Shown in pieces: positions 8,722 through 19,300 of a stretch of 64,000 bases of DNA. This DNA comes from Candidatus Bathyarchaeota archaeon (GTDB taxonomy: Archaea > Thermoproteota > Bathyarchaeia > Bathyarchaeales > Bathycorpusculaceae), in assembly GCA_963702095.1 (NCBI GenBank), contig OY969706.1:2752001-2816000 (forward strand), written 5' to 3'. Every line of letters begins with the position of its first letter. Position 1 is the stretch's first letter. The notes under the pieces were generated by a model. The model saw only the letters and a list, made by a program, of their open reading frames with translations. It was not told where the DNA came from and made no database searches. The translations under genes were made by a program, and so were the position numbers.

Positions 8722-10081
8722 TGAAGTTACCTACTACGAAACCCATCGGGGGCATACCTTTACCGCCGCCCAACCCGAAAGGCAGCTTCTTTTTACGTTT
8801 AAACATCTTTAACATCTTTTTCATCACGAGGTACTGTTTGAGGAGTTCCTTGACTTCTTTCTCGGTGGTACCTGAACCGTGGGCAATGCGTTTTGCACGG
8901 GAACGGTTGAGTATTTTGGGGTTCTCTTTTTCTTGGGGCGTCATGGATTGAATTATAACCTGCCAAGTGTCGAGGCGGCCTTCAGCGCTGTTAAGCATGT
9001 CGTCGGGGATGTTTGAAGATGACATCCCAGGAATCATCTTCATAACTTTGCTAAATGGACCCATGTTTTTGACTGCAGCGAACTGCTCATACATGTCGGT
9101 TAAGGTGAAGTTGCCGCTTAGGATTTCTTTGGCTTTTTTCTGGGGCACTTTGATTTCTGCGTCATGTACCTTCTCGAGCAGCGTCTCCAAATCGCCCATT
9201 CCTAAAAGGCGCCCGACGAAGCGGCTGGGAACAAAGGCTTCGATGTCCTCAACTTTTTCGCCTGTGCCTATGAATTTTATTGGCGCACCTGTGGCTGCGA
9301 CTGCGGAGAGAGCGCCGCCTCCACGACTGGAGCCGTCTAGTTTGGTGACGATGATGGCGCCGATGGGAGTGGCTTCATGGAATGTTTTGGCCTGTGCCAA
9401 CGCCTGCTGCCCGATGGTGCCATCGATAACCATGATGATTTCGTCGGGGTGAACGCCCTTCTCTATGTCCTTCATCTCTTTGATGAGGTCTTTCTCTTCC
9501 TTATGGCGACCAGCTGTGTCGACGATTAATAGGTCGCGGTCCTGGAACTGTTTGAAGCCTTCTTTAGCGACTTTAACAGGGTCTTTGGCTTTAGCGTCGC
9601 CGTAAATTGGAACGTTTATTCTGGTTGATAGCTGCTGGAGTTGGGCGTAGGCGCCTGGACGGTAAGTGTCGGCGGCGATTAACCCTACTTTTATGCCTCG
9701 CTTCTGGAAGTACCGTGCGAGTTTGGCGGCGTGGGTGGTTTTGCCTGAGCCTTGAATGCCAACTAGCATGATGGTTTTCTTTTTGCCCGGCTCAACTTTG
9801 AGGGGGACGGGTTTGTCGCCGACGAAACGTGTTAGTTCTTCGTAGACGACTTTTACGACGTGTTCGCGTCTTGATATTCCAGGTGGCACTTTTTCTTTTA
9901 GGGCGCGTTCTTCGATGTTCTTTGAGATTTGGAGGACAAGCTGGACGTTGACGTCGGATTGCAGCAGTGCACGTTGAATGTCGCGGACCAGTTCTTTCAC
10001 TGCCGCTTCGTCCACTACGCCTGCTTTGAACAGCTTCTTTATGGCGTCGGTTAGTGAAGAACCTAACTTGTCTAGTGCCAT
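8684..10081 (-). CDS. srp54: Signal recognition particle protein SRP54
   Basis: GIQGSGKTT, DTAGRH and TKLDG GTPase motifs; Met-rich M domain with RIAHGSG. Confidence 0.97.
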   Translation of the reverse strand: MALDKLGSSLTDAIKKLFKAGVVDEAAVKELVRDIQRALLQSDVNVQLVLQISKNIEERALKEKVPPGISRREHVVKVVYEELTRFVGDKPVPLKVEPGKKKTIMLVGIQGSGKTTHAAKLARYFQKRGIKVGLIAADTYRPGAYAQLQQLSTRINVPIYGDAKAKDPVKVAKEGFKQFQDRDLLIVDTAGRHKEEKDLIKEMKDIEKGVHPDEIIMVIDGTIGQQALAQAKTFHEATPIGAIIVTKLDGSSRGGGALSAVAATGAPIKFIGTGEKVEDIEAFVPSRFVGRLLGMGDLETLLEKVHDAEIKVPQKKAKEILSGNFTLTDMYEQFAAVKNMGPFSKVMKMIPGMSSSNIPDDMLNSAEGRLDTWQVIIQSMTPQEKENPKILNRSRAKRIAHGSGTTEKEVKELLKQYLVMKKMLKMFKRKKKLPFGLGGGKGMPPMGFVVGNFNGCFRESRRIAQ

Positions 10082-10343
10082 CTGGGTCTCTCGTCCCTAC
10101 AATCTATTGTCGTTTTAGATAAAGATTACACAAGTAAAGTCTACTATACCGCCTAAATTCTCTATATTTCTGTGGTTGCAGCTTTGGGTGAAGCCTCAGT
10201 TTCCCCATTTAAGCATTCTTCACAATTCAGACGGCTCTTCATGCATCATTGGCTTCAGCAGAGAAGGCACCGTGCTAGAACATAAACTTTGACGGAAAAT
10301 CTTAAAACAACCCAGCAATACACATCACCTACAGGTGTAACTA

Positions 10344-10550
10344 TTGGGCGCTGAACGTATAATCCACGCGTCGATTTTCGTGCTCTTACTGGCAGGTTTA
10401 GCCGCTTTGAGCGTTTGGGCAATCGTCACATATGTCGGGTTTGCGGATAACTCGATTTTGGCGGTCGCCAGCTTTCCGCTTTGTTGGGGAATAATCCTCT
10501 TAGCCATGTACCTTAGCTTTGCCAAACTAGGCTGGAAATGGTGGAAATAG
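10344..10550 (+). CDS. Small two-TM membrane protein (68 aa)
   Basis: Two hydrophobic helices; SD-like AGGTG just before the TTG start. Confidence 0.55.
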   Translation: MGAERIIHASIFVLLLAGLAALSVWAIVTYVGFADNSILAVASFPLCWGIILLAMYLSFAKLGWKWWK

Positions 10551-10601
10551 CACAAAAAGGTAAAACTGGCAAATAACCAGTAAAGAAAAGTGATCGTTAG
10601 C

Positions 10602-10994
10602 TTATTTTGCGCGTACGATTTTTACTTTGCCAAGAATCTTCCAGTACTCGATTTCTGTGCCGGGAATCAACTTGGCTTTAATGTCTTCCTCTTCGGGAAA
10701 CGGTGCATCCAGGTACTCATAGGTTTCGAGATCCATAATTTGGACGCCGGTCGGGTTGACTGCGAAAACTTGGCCGGCTCGTTTGTCGATTATTGGGACT
10801 TCTGCGCCTAAATCTACTGGTTTGACGAATTGTCGTTTCTGGTTATCGAAGACGCCGATGGCTACGATTCTGGCTTTAGCGGAACCGTGTTTGCCGGGCT
10901 TGGATTTGGATATGTCTACGATGCGGCAGGGTTCGCCTTCAATCATCATGTAGCCGCCAACACGTAATTCTCCAACATCTACTGGTTTGCTCAT
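10602..10994 (-). CDS. eif5a: Translation factor aIF5A
   Basis: Hypusine motif SKPGKHGSAK. Confidence 0.97.
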   Translation of the reverse strand: MSKPVDVGELRVGGYMMIEGEPCRIVDISKSKPGKHGSAKARIVAIGVFDNQKRQFVKPVDLGAEVPIIDKRAGQVFAVNPTGVQIMDLETYEYLDAPFPEEEDIKAKLIPGTEIEYWKILGKVKIVRAK

Positions 10995-11160
10995 ACACTC
11001 ACCACAGTAAGGGTTCTATTCAATGCAATTCTCAACAACACCCATATATAGATTAAGGTGCCCAAGCAAATATCGAGGACACTTTTCTCTGCTGAGTTAG
11101 AGATATAGGGCTAAGACAACATGCTTTTAGGCCCTTGTAGACATCTATAGAGTTAGCGTT

Positions 11161-11293
11161 TGTTTTTTCTAGTGTTAGATGAAGGCAGAGTGCTCCTTAC
11201 TCATCATCTTCCAGCGGATTTTGCTGCGGCTTGCTTTTTGGGTTTGGGCTTGCAGCGGCGTTGCAGGTTGGTTATGGCTGATTCCACAAGCAG
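11161..11293 (+). repeat. Dispersed intergenic repeat family A, copy 2 (diverged)
   Basis: TTTTTCTAGTGTTAGATGAAG...CCTTACTCATCATCTTCC...TTGCAGGTTGGTT...GATTCCACAAGCAG. Confidence 0.8.
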
Positions 11294-11434
11294 TTAAACA
11301 CTTGAAATGCCATCTTTGATTGTGAGTGAATGTTGTTGAAACAAGTAATCTACAGCAATGGCAAGTATAGAAAGCAAGCTTATCCCTACTGCGAATGTTA
11401 ATATAGATTAAGCTTCACGTCATTTACAGAGCAG

Positions 11435-12280
11435 TTGAACATGTTCAAAACCGTTGGTTTAGTCGCCCGCTATGACCAAAAACAAGCGCTAAAGCTCGCT
11501 GAAGAGTTGGGAGAGTACCTAGCCAAGAGGGGCTTGAAGGTTTACGTAGAAGAGTCCCTAGCCAACAAGATTTCAACCAAAGAAGAGTTTGTTCCGCTCT
11601 CAAAAATGGTCGTTGACTTCATAATCACCATAGGCGGAGACGGCACCATACTGCGAACCGCCATATCCACCCCTAAACCTGAACCGCCTATCTTGACCAT
11701 AAACATGGGAGTACGCGGCTTCTTAACCGAAGTTGAACCACAATTTGCCTGTGAAGCCGTGGAACGCATACTCAAAGGAGACTACCATATTGAGAATTCC
11801 ACCAAGATGGCTGTTTGGGCAGGCAAAGAACCCCTCCCCGACGCCCTCAACGACGTAGTCATCTCAACTGGGGAACCATCCAAGATACTCTACGCAGAAA
11901 TCTGCAAGAACGGCAAGCCAATCCTCAAATGCCAAGCAGACGGCTTAATCATCGGTACACAGACTGGCTCCACTGGTTACTCGCTTTCAGCTGGGGGTCC
12001 AGTGCTTGACCAAGAAGTGGATGCTTTTGTGTTGACGCCGATTTGCTCGCTAACGGTTTTTCATTCGCTGGTTTTTCCCACTGACGCAACCTTAACCTTC
12101 AATGTGCTGCGCCCCGAAAGTATGCTTGTTATGATCGACGGCAACTACCGCAAGTTCATAGACACCGAAGACGCGATGGTTAAAATAACGAAATCCAAAA
12201 ATTGTACCCCTTTTATTCGTTTTGAAACCAGCTTTTACGACCGCCTCCGCAACAGGCTACTGTTCAAGGGAACCGAATGA
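11435..12280 (+). CDS. nadK: NAD(+) kinase
   Basis: GGDGTILR, GFLTE, ALND and GSTGYSLSAGGP motifs. Confidence 0.95.
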   Translation: MNMFKTVGLVARYDQKQALKLAEELGEYLAKRGLKVYVEESLANKISTKEEFVPLSKMVVDFIITIGGDGTILRTAISTPKPEPPILTINMGVRGFLTEVEPQFACEAVERILKGDYHIENSTKMAVWAGKEPLPDALNDVVISTGEPSKILYAEICKNGKPILKCQADGLIIGTQTGSTGYSLSAGGPVLDQEVDAFVLTPICSLTVFHSLVFPTDATLTFNVLRPESMLVMIDGNYRKFIDTEDAMVKITKSKNCTPFIRFETSFYDRLRNRLLFKGTE

Positions 12281-12813
12281 GCAAACCCCAAGAAGTCCCT
12301 CGCCGCATCGTTGTTTTGGATACGTCTGCTTTTTTGGCGGGATTTGATCCCTTCGCTTGTGGTGGAGAGTTAGTTACTGTGCCCAAGGTTGAGGAGGAGA
12401 TTCTGCGTGACTCCATGGTTAAGATGCGGTTTCAAGTTGCCTTGGAAAGCGGCAAAGTAAAGGTAAAAACGCCCATGCAGCAATCTACAGAAGCCGCAGA
12501 GGCCTCCGCTGGCAAAGTCGGCGACTTCTATAAACTCTCAGAGGCAGACGTGCAACTGTTGGCTCTTGCCTTAGAGATGAAGTTGCAGGGGTACAAGCCC
12601 CAAATCGTAACCGACGATTACTGCATCCAAAACGTCGCCTCCCAGTTGGGCATAGAGTTCTGTGCATTAGCCACTTTTGGCATCAAACGCGTCTTAGAAT
12701 GGATTAGGTACTGCCCAGCCTGCCACAAACAGTACCCAGCAACTACCAAACTAAAAGAATGCAAAATCTGCGGAACAGAACTCAAAAGAAAACCCCGCAG
12801 GCAACCAAAGTAG
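12277..12813 (+). CDS. nob1: Nob1 family PIN endonuclease with Zn ribbon
   Basis: VLDTSAF, LSEADVQLLALA, TDDYCIQNVA and CPAC..CKICG. Confidence 0.92.
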   Translation: MSKPQEVPRRIVVLDTSAFLAGFDPFACGGELVTVPKVEEEILRDSMVKMRFQVALESGKVKVKTPMQQSTEAAEASAGKVGDFYKLSEADVQLLALALEMKLQGYKPQIVTDDYCIQNVASQLGIEFCALATFGIKRVLEWIRYCPACHKQYPATTKLKECKICGTELKRKPRRQPK

Positions 12814-12814
12814 C

Positions 12815-14624
12815 CTAAAAAAGCAGCAACAACAGGATAAGCAGCAGCCCCTCAACGCCGAAGATAACAGGAGCAGTCTTTTTTGCTTGCTCAATCGCTT
12901 TATCAACCAAGGTTGTGACGGAGTGCAGGCGTTCTTCGCCGATTACCCTGACCCCTGGAACAGTGAACTGGATGCAGCCGGCTTTTGATGCTTCAAGGTT
13001 CGCCGCTGCCTTCTTTGCCGCCTCCGTGATGTAGTTAAGGAGGACGTCGTGGTCCATGACTTCGCCGACTGGGTAGTATCCACGGCTAGTCCTCACTAAC
13101 GCGCTGACGGCATGGGTGTCGGTGGTGTAGACTTCGCTTTCTACAAAACCCAGCGATGAGAGAGAGGAGAGGATTTTTTCTCTAAGGTGGGGCACCATGT
13201 TGTTTCCGTCAATGATAACGTAGATGTTTTGTTGTTTTTGAACTTCGACGGCGATGGCTGTTATTCCGCCTGTGCCCATGCCCTGCTTCAAAGTGAACTC
13301 ACTGGGGAACACTGTAGCGGCACCCACCAGAAAAGTTGAGAGGGGCAACTGGGTGGCTTTTTGGATGCATTTGGATGCTGCCCGCTTCAACTCCTCCAAG
13401 TGCTCCGCAGTATCATCTATTACGTCGAGGCAGTTGTGGCAGTTAACGACCACCGCATGCTTAAGTCCATATTTTTTGGCTTCCTCGGTTACGATGTGGC
13501 CTACGTTCTTGGGGCAAGTCCTCGGTGGTTTTGGGTGCAAGCGAGAAAGAAAGGAATACTGTGTCGCCGAAGATTTGGCAGTTTGCGATGGCGCAGCCGT
13601 CGGTGGCGCGGGTAAAGGGTGAAGCTAAAGCAGAGGATGCTTCAAATCTTGCGTGGAATAAAACCTCGTTGACTATTCGGTGGTTTGCAGCTTGGGAGGC
13701 TAAGTCTTGTTCATGCCCCAGAATACCCAGCGGCGTGCAAGCGTCGCAACCGTACTCTTTTTCGAAATCCGCTTTTAGCATTGAGGGTAGAAGGCTGCTT
13801 CCGATGTTTTTGAAGGGTCCCGGATGAACTTGGGGCACTATAATTGCCGCTTTAGGTTTGGACGTGTCGAATTTGAGTAAGCTTACGTCTATGTCGGCGT
13901 TTTCACCCATCTCTTCAAGGTACTTCTCCAGCGGCGTGTTCAGGTCGGCTACCCAGTTAAGCAGGAATGCTTTGAATAGGTGCATGGCGGGTAATCCATA
14001 GGTTTTCTGTCCCAATCGATCTATTGAGCGAAGAAAGAGGTAGGTTGCGGCGTAACTGATTATCGGAGCCAATATGATGAAGGGGAGAAACTGGAGCGGG
14101 AGGCTCTCTGTGATTGTTGTCCAAAAAACAAGCAGAACCGATATGGAGAGAATCGGTTGTAGCAGAGCAGAAGTGATTTGCCGCCATGTGGCTCCATCCG
14201 ATGTTGCACTTACCACGAGTGCCCTCAGAGTTATAACGGCTGCAAACCCAAGCAGGGTAAGCTTAACCCACAGCAGCCAACCGAAAAAGTAGCCCAGCCC
14301 CGCTCCTAGAGCCATTAATGCAAGCCAGAGTAGCCAGCAGTAGAAGGACATGCCCGCTGTTCTACGTGGGTTAAAGATGTGGTCGCCTCTGAGAAGCGCT
14401 CTGTTCATGGTTAAATCGGCGATTAAGGTTACGGCAAAAAGGGAGATGCCCAGTATGAGGCTGTTGAGGCTGGGGAAGAGTGCGTATGCGGTGAGGGTGA
14501 CGCCTATTATGCAGGTGGCAGCCATCGAGAGGAGGGCTTTTCTGTAGGAGGGCATGAAGAACAAAGACGAGTAGTGTTTCTTTGCATTGTCCATAGAACT
14601 ATTAAGGGAGCGGTTTGTTTCCAT
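12815..14624 (-). pseudogene. DUF2070 family membrane protein, split by a +1 insertion near 13505 (possible sequencing error)
   Basis: HPGPFKNIGSSLLP is in the upstream ORF; NCHN, DGNNM and TTDTH are in the downstream ORF. Removing one base in GAACGTAGGC restores TTEDLPQE(L/V)GHIV. Confidence 0.8.
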
Positions 14625-14866
14625 TTTTTGTTCTCCACTATGGAATTGGGGAGCCCTACTTAAAATTTAGCTAAGTTGGAGCTTACACTAAATACAATAA
14701 TTTTCATAACGTAAAAAAGACACAGCGCTGTTTTGACATAAACAGAGCAAAGCAACCGAGAGGAAAACACAGTTTTGCCGCTTAGAACCCTGAAGTCAAC
14801 ATGTCAAAGCAGAGATACTGTTTTATCCCATAAACGCTAATCATACTATTCCACAGAGTCTTATCT

Positions 14867-15163
14867 ATGCCAGATCAAGAATTGCCCCCCTCCATCTTCC
14901 ACATGCTGGAAAGAAACGTGGGCAAAAAAATCAGAGCCATTATAGACCCATCCTACGGTTTCGAGGGCACCCTAGCAGCAGTCACACAGCAACCCTCAGG
15001 CATCTGGCTGTCAGAGGCAGAAGCAATCGTTTTACGCTCAACCATGGCGCAGCCCATCCCACAGGTGGCTTCCAGAGAAGAAAGAAGCGAACTCTTTTTG
15101 CACCTAAACTCTGTTCAAAGAATTGAAGTGCTTCACACTTCCCAGCCGCGCAGCAGACAATAA
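14867..15163 (+). CDS. Divergent Sm/LSm-like fold protein
   Basis: Helix-VGKKIRAII..GFEGTL..IWLSEA (Sm1-like) and ELFLHLNSVQRIEV (Sm2-like). Confidence 0.6.
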   Translation: MPDQELPPSIFHMLERNVGKKIRAIIDPSYGFEGTLAAVTQQPSGIWLSEAEAIVLRSTMAQPIPQVASREERSELFLHLNSVQRIEVLHTSQPRSRQ

Positions 15164-15180
15164 AATAAGAAGGAAGATGC

Positions 15181-15351
15181 TTAGAAGAATATTTTAGCCA
15201 TTACCGAAACAACGATCAACGTAACCGATAAAGCCACTAGCAGTTCAGGGCGGATTTTTATGCCTTCAGTTTCTTCTTCGAAGAAACGCAGTAAACCTGC
15301 ACTTCCAGCGGGCATTGGACTAGTATCTTGTTTTCTTTTTCTCATTCCCAT
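15181..15351 (-). CDS. secG: Preprotein translocase subunit Sec61beta/SecG
   Basis: My translation: MGMRKRKQDTSPMPAGSAGLLRFFEEETEGIKIRPELLVALSVTLIVVSVMAKIFF. Below the ORF-track cutoff. Confidence 0.93.
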   Translation of the reverse strand: MGMRKRKQDTSPMPAGSAGLLRFFEEETEGIKIRPELLVALSVTLIVVSVMAKIFF

Positions 15352-15471
15352 GATTATCGCTGTCCGAAAGTGTTGTGATACATGCCTAATACTGGCTTAA
15401 ACTAATTAATCTTATGCCAAAACTTCGCAATTGCCAACTGCAAAAGTAGGCGAAGAAACTACCGCGTCTTT

Positions 15472-15653
15472 TCTCTTTATGTGGGTGTGGCGGTTTGTGG
15501 GGGACCACAAGACTGCATAGGAGGACTGTTGCTTTTCTTGGTTGCAACGTTTTTTGGCGTCTGTTTCGGTGTAGCATATGCGATTTCCTCCACACGCGGT
15601 ACATGGTTCCATGTTGAGTTGGTCACGGTGTGGATGTGGAAGCATGTTGGAAT
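15472..15653 (+). repeat. Dispersed intergenic repeat family B, copy 1
   Basis: CTTTATGTGGGTGTGGCG...TTGCTTTT..GCAACG...CTGTTTCGGTGT.GCA...CCACACGC...TGTGGAAGCATG, shared with 51295-51473 and 59014-59190. Confidence 0.85.
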
Positions 15654-15770
15654 AGCATAAAAAAGATGTATAGTTGCGAGCAAAGCGGGTTCCGTATACA
15701 AAAGCATCAACCAAACACAGTTAAATTCAAACTTTAATACCGCAAACGCCATTTTGCCTTGGTGAAACCA

Positions 15771-16057
15771 ATGCAAATAAGCGAATTCCAAGAAATGATG
15801 AAACGCCTCTATGGCGACCGTGACAAGGCCCGCGGCGTCGACGGGACCTACAACTGGCTACTCGAAGAAGTAGCCGAGTTAGCCAAGAACTACGGGGCTC
15901 CGACCGGGAAGCCACTGAGAAAGAATTCGCCGATGTCATAGCGTGGCTGGCATCACTAGCCAACATAGTTGGCATAGACCTTGAAAAAGCAGCCTTAGCC
16001 AAATACCCCAACAAATGCCCCAAATGCCACCAGTCACCCTGCGCCTGCACATTCTAA
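15771..16057 (+). pseudogene. MazG-like nucleotide pyrophosphohydrolase with a 1-nt deletion near 15883
   Basis: MQISEFQ..WLLEEVAEL continues in another frame as ELRGSDREATEKEFADVIAWLASLANIVGIDLE..KYPNKCPKCHQSPCACTF*. Confidence 0.85.
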
Positions 16058-16323
16058 CCTAGACGCTTCTGTCCCAAACCCGTTTTGAGCCAAACATAAC
16101 GTCTGCTGCCCCTGTGTTCGACTGTTCCTTCGTTTTTTAGTAGTCGCAGATGATACACTACAACGTTGTAGCTTAAGGTGGATTGCTGGGCGATTTTGGA
16201 GGCGCTAAACTCCTGAGTGTCCAGCAATGCCAAGAGTTTGGTTCTAGCTAAAAGTCCGCTGTGTACGTTTCGGGTGTGTTTTAGGTAAGCGTTGGGATGC
16301 CAAGTTTCCTTGATGGATGCCAC
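16054..16323 (-). CDS. Small ArsR-like winged-helix protein
   Basis: RTKLLALL..SASKIAQQSTLSYNVVVYHLRLLKNEGTV pattern. Confidence 0.75.
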   Translation of the reverse strand: MASIKETWHPNAYLKHTRNVHSGLLARTKLLALLDTQEFSASKIAQQSTLSYNVVVYHLRLLKNEGTVEHRGSRRYVWLKTGLGQKRLG

Positions 16324-16361
16324 CAGTAGAGAAGAGGGGTTTATCCTTGAAAAGCTTATGT

Positions 16362-19300
16362 CTATTTGAAGTCGAAAAGGGTCGCCTGTTTGGGCTTCTT
16401 GTTATCAAACATCAAAATTAACTCTTCTTTGATGAGGTCCATGCGTTGAGTGTAGTAGTTGGGCAAACCATATTTGTCGACGAGTTGCTGTGCCGCCACC
16501 AGATACTTCTCTATGCCACCACGATAGACCGTTAAAGTAAGCTGCCCTCCGCAGAAGGGGCATTTGCCAACCAGCGGTAGTCGTCGGAATTTTTTGTTAC
16601 AGGACTTACATCTGAAACCCTGCGTTGAGAAAGCGCGCATGTTACCTGCGATGTCACGCATGAAATGGGTGTTTAGCACCTTTAAGGCTACGCGTCTGGC
16701 ATCTACGGCGTCTATTTTTTCGCCCAATCCCAATTGCATGTTGAGTTTGTCTATCATTGATTTGAATTCTTTGTAGCTGCTGTTGGCGTTGCCTAGGTTG
16801 ATGTTGGTGCATGGCGTGGTAAACTGGAAGCCTTCGAATTGCCCATCTGTGCCCAACCTGTGGCTGATGACATCCATGAATGCGCTGACGGCTCGGGCTT
16901 CGCCCTTTACTTGGGTCTGCTTGTAGAATTCGATGGGGTAGGTGATGCTGACGTCGAAGTCGTGGGCTTGCCTCTGCACCTCTTTTGTGTTGCAGAAGGG
17001 GATGAGCAGAATTGGAGCGTCCATGATGCCGCCGATTTGCGCAGGCAGAAAAATCCTTGAGAAGTTAAGCAGAGTATCTAACCCTAGCATGATGGCGTCT
17101 TCGTCGCCGTCGCAGTCCCGACGCTTAGCAGAGTGCCAAACAGGATGCGCATAGATTACGTTGCGGTCGGTGTAGCCGACGACTCTGCCCAGGATGCAGG
17201 CGCATGTGTGAGGTGCTAATCCAAAGATTAGGTGACCAACGAGGTCTTCGGCTTTTTTGACGTTGTAGTAAGGTGGCTGTTTGTAGAGGCGGACTAAAAG
17301 GTCGTCGATGAAAGAGGCGATTTTGATGAAATATTCGCCTGCCGTCCAGGGGATGACGACGTCTTGTATTTTTAGTTCACACACTTGGTTGGGGTCTGTT
17401 AGGGGCAAGCCGTGGGTGTCAGCTAAGTAGCCCATCTGATGCATCTTTTCAATTGAAACCCCGATTTCTGCAGGCGTGATATGGGTGAGGGGCGCGTTGG
17501 TGGCGTCAAAACGAATTGTGCCATCTTTGTAAACCGACAAGCCATGCTTCGCACGCAGAATCCCTTTCTCGACGATTTCAGGCGTCTTGTCGAGGTTTGT
17601 TAAGCCTTTGACGCCGCGTAGCATCTTAGGCGCTTGATAGCCAAGATTAGTGCTGGCGGATTCTACGAGTTCTTTAAAGTTGACGGGCTGGCGCTGGTAT
17701 TGAATGGCGTCGGCTTTGCATGTGCCGCAATAGTTTTCTTTGAGGGTTCTGCCGCATCGGGGACAGAACTTTTCTAGGATGGTTTCGCATCCGCAGGTGT
17801 CGCAGCGGATTTTTCTGGTGTAGGTTTTGCAGTTGGGGCATTTGCGTTTAACCATGTCGACGAAGACAGCGTTTTTCTTGGCTGCTTCCATCAGGTCGCG
17901 GTGGCTACCGCCGGCTAAGCTGACGGGAAAAAGAACATGGACGTTTGGTTTCATTTCTCGGTGTTTAGCTTTCTCGGGTCTGCCCATGCGTCCACCGACG
18001 TAGGTTGGGGCTTTGTCTTTGATTTGCACACCACAGAGCAGGCTCAGCAACACCAGAACCGAAGCCGCCTCCAAGGACTCAGAAAATCTGGATGTGCCGT
18101 AACCCAACGTAAAAGCTAACGCCGCGGCATCCTCGTCTGTCATCACGACTTTGCCGTCGATTACTCGGAAGGGCGCAAAAATCTTACGCAGAAACTTGAC
18201 TGCGCCATCATCGGTGGGTCCTGTGATTTTAGTGGCAAAGCCACCGTCACATTGGACCTCACAGCAGGCTAGCCATTTCCTTAAACATTCAACTTCTTCT
18301 ACAGTGGTTGACCCTGCCCAAAAGAGGGTGCAGTTTGGCGCCAACGGGAGACCTAAGGTTTGGCTCAGCATGGCTGCCTCTTTTGTGGTGGGCTTGTTTT
18401 CGAAGGGGTCGGCAATGAAGCCCTCGAGCCTCTCGGCGGATATTTTGGTGACTTGTGAAGCTTGCTGGGTGTTGGTGCCATATTTTTCTCTGATGACGTT
18501 TTGGAGGTCCTTAGACCACCACTCCTCCACGTACCCCGAGGGCGGCAGCGCCTTGTTGCTATAGAGGAAATCGCCGAAGTCGATTAGCATGTCGCCTAAG
18601 AAGAGGATTTTTTCGACCTTGCCCTTTACAGTAGATTCATAGTTCTCCAGCGACACCCGAACCACTGAACCATCTTTGAGTAAAACCACAGGTTTCTCGA
18701 TGCTGTCCACGGGCAATGTGACGCCACCTTTGCCTGGCAGTTCAAGGCGCATCTGGGTGCCTGCGGCTAGGAACTTCTCTACAACCAGCATGGTGGCGGG
18801 GTGGATGCCAACGGCTGAGAGCCCCGTGTTGCGTGATCTGCCATAACGGAGTCGGAAGCCGCCGCGGGTTGAGGGAAAAGCAAAGATGGGGCGACCCGCG
18901 ATGACGTCGTCCATGAAGCCGCCTGATTTTTTCTCAGACTTTTTCTTGAAGGTCTTTAGCCAATCCCACTCGTGAAAGCCTATCTTGTCCACGATGACGT
19001 AAACCTTCTGTGCACGGCCCACGATACCGTCGTTGACGACGCGGAGGGCTCCGCCGCGCACTCGGTTGGTTTCTACCCGCTGCAGGTTTCGGTAAGAGGA
19101 AACCTCTACTGGGTCTGATTCGGTGCCGGTGCATTCGACTGGAATCAAATTCAGTGCTTTGCGGAGTTCTTCGTCGGGAATGTGATATTGGAAGCGTCCA
19201 ACTGAGCGTTCATACAGCCTGAGTTCTTCTACAAAACGTGAAACCTCTTCCTCAGTCGGCTTGTAAACGTCTAAACCCAGTTCCCGACGCACATAGTCTC

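Noticed and set aside
10090-10330. SRP RNA upstream of srp54
   Set aside because: The region is AT-rich and lacks the long GC-rich helices and helix-8 motif of archaeal 7S RNA.
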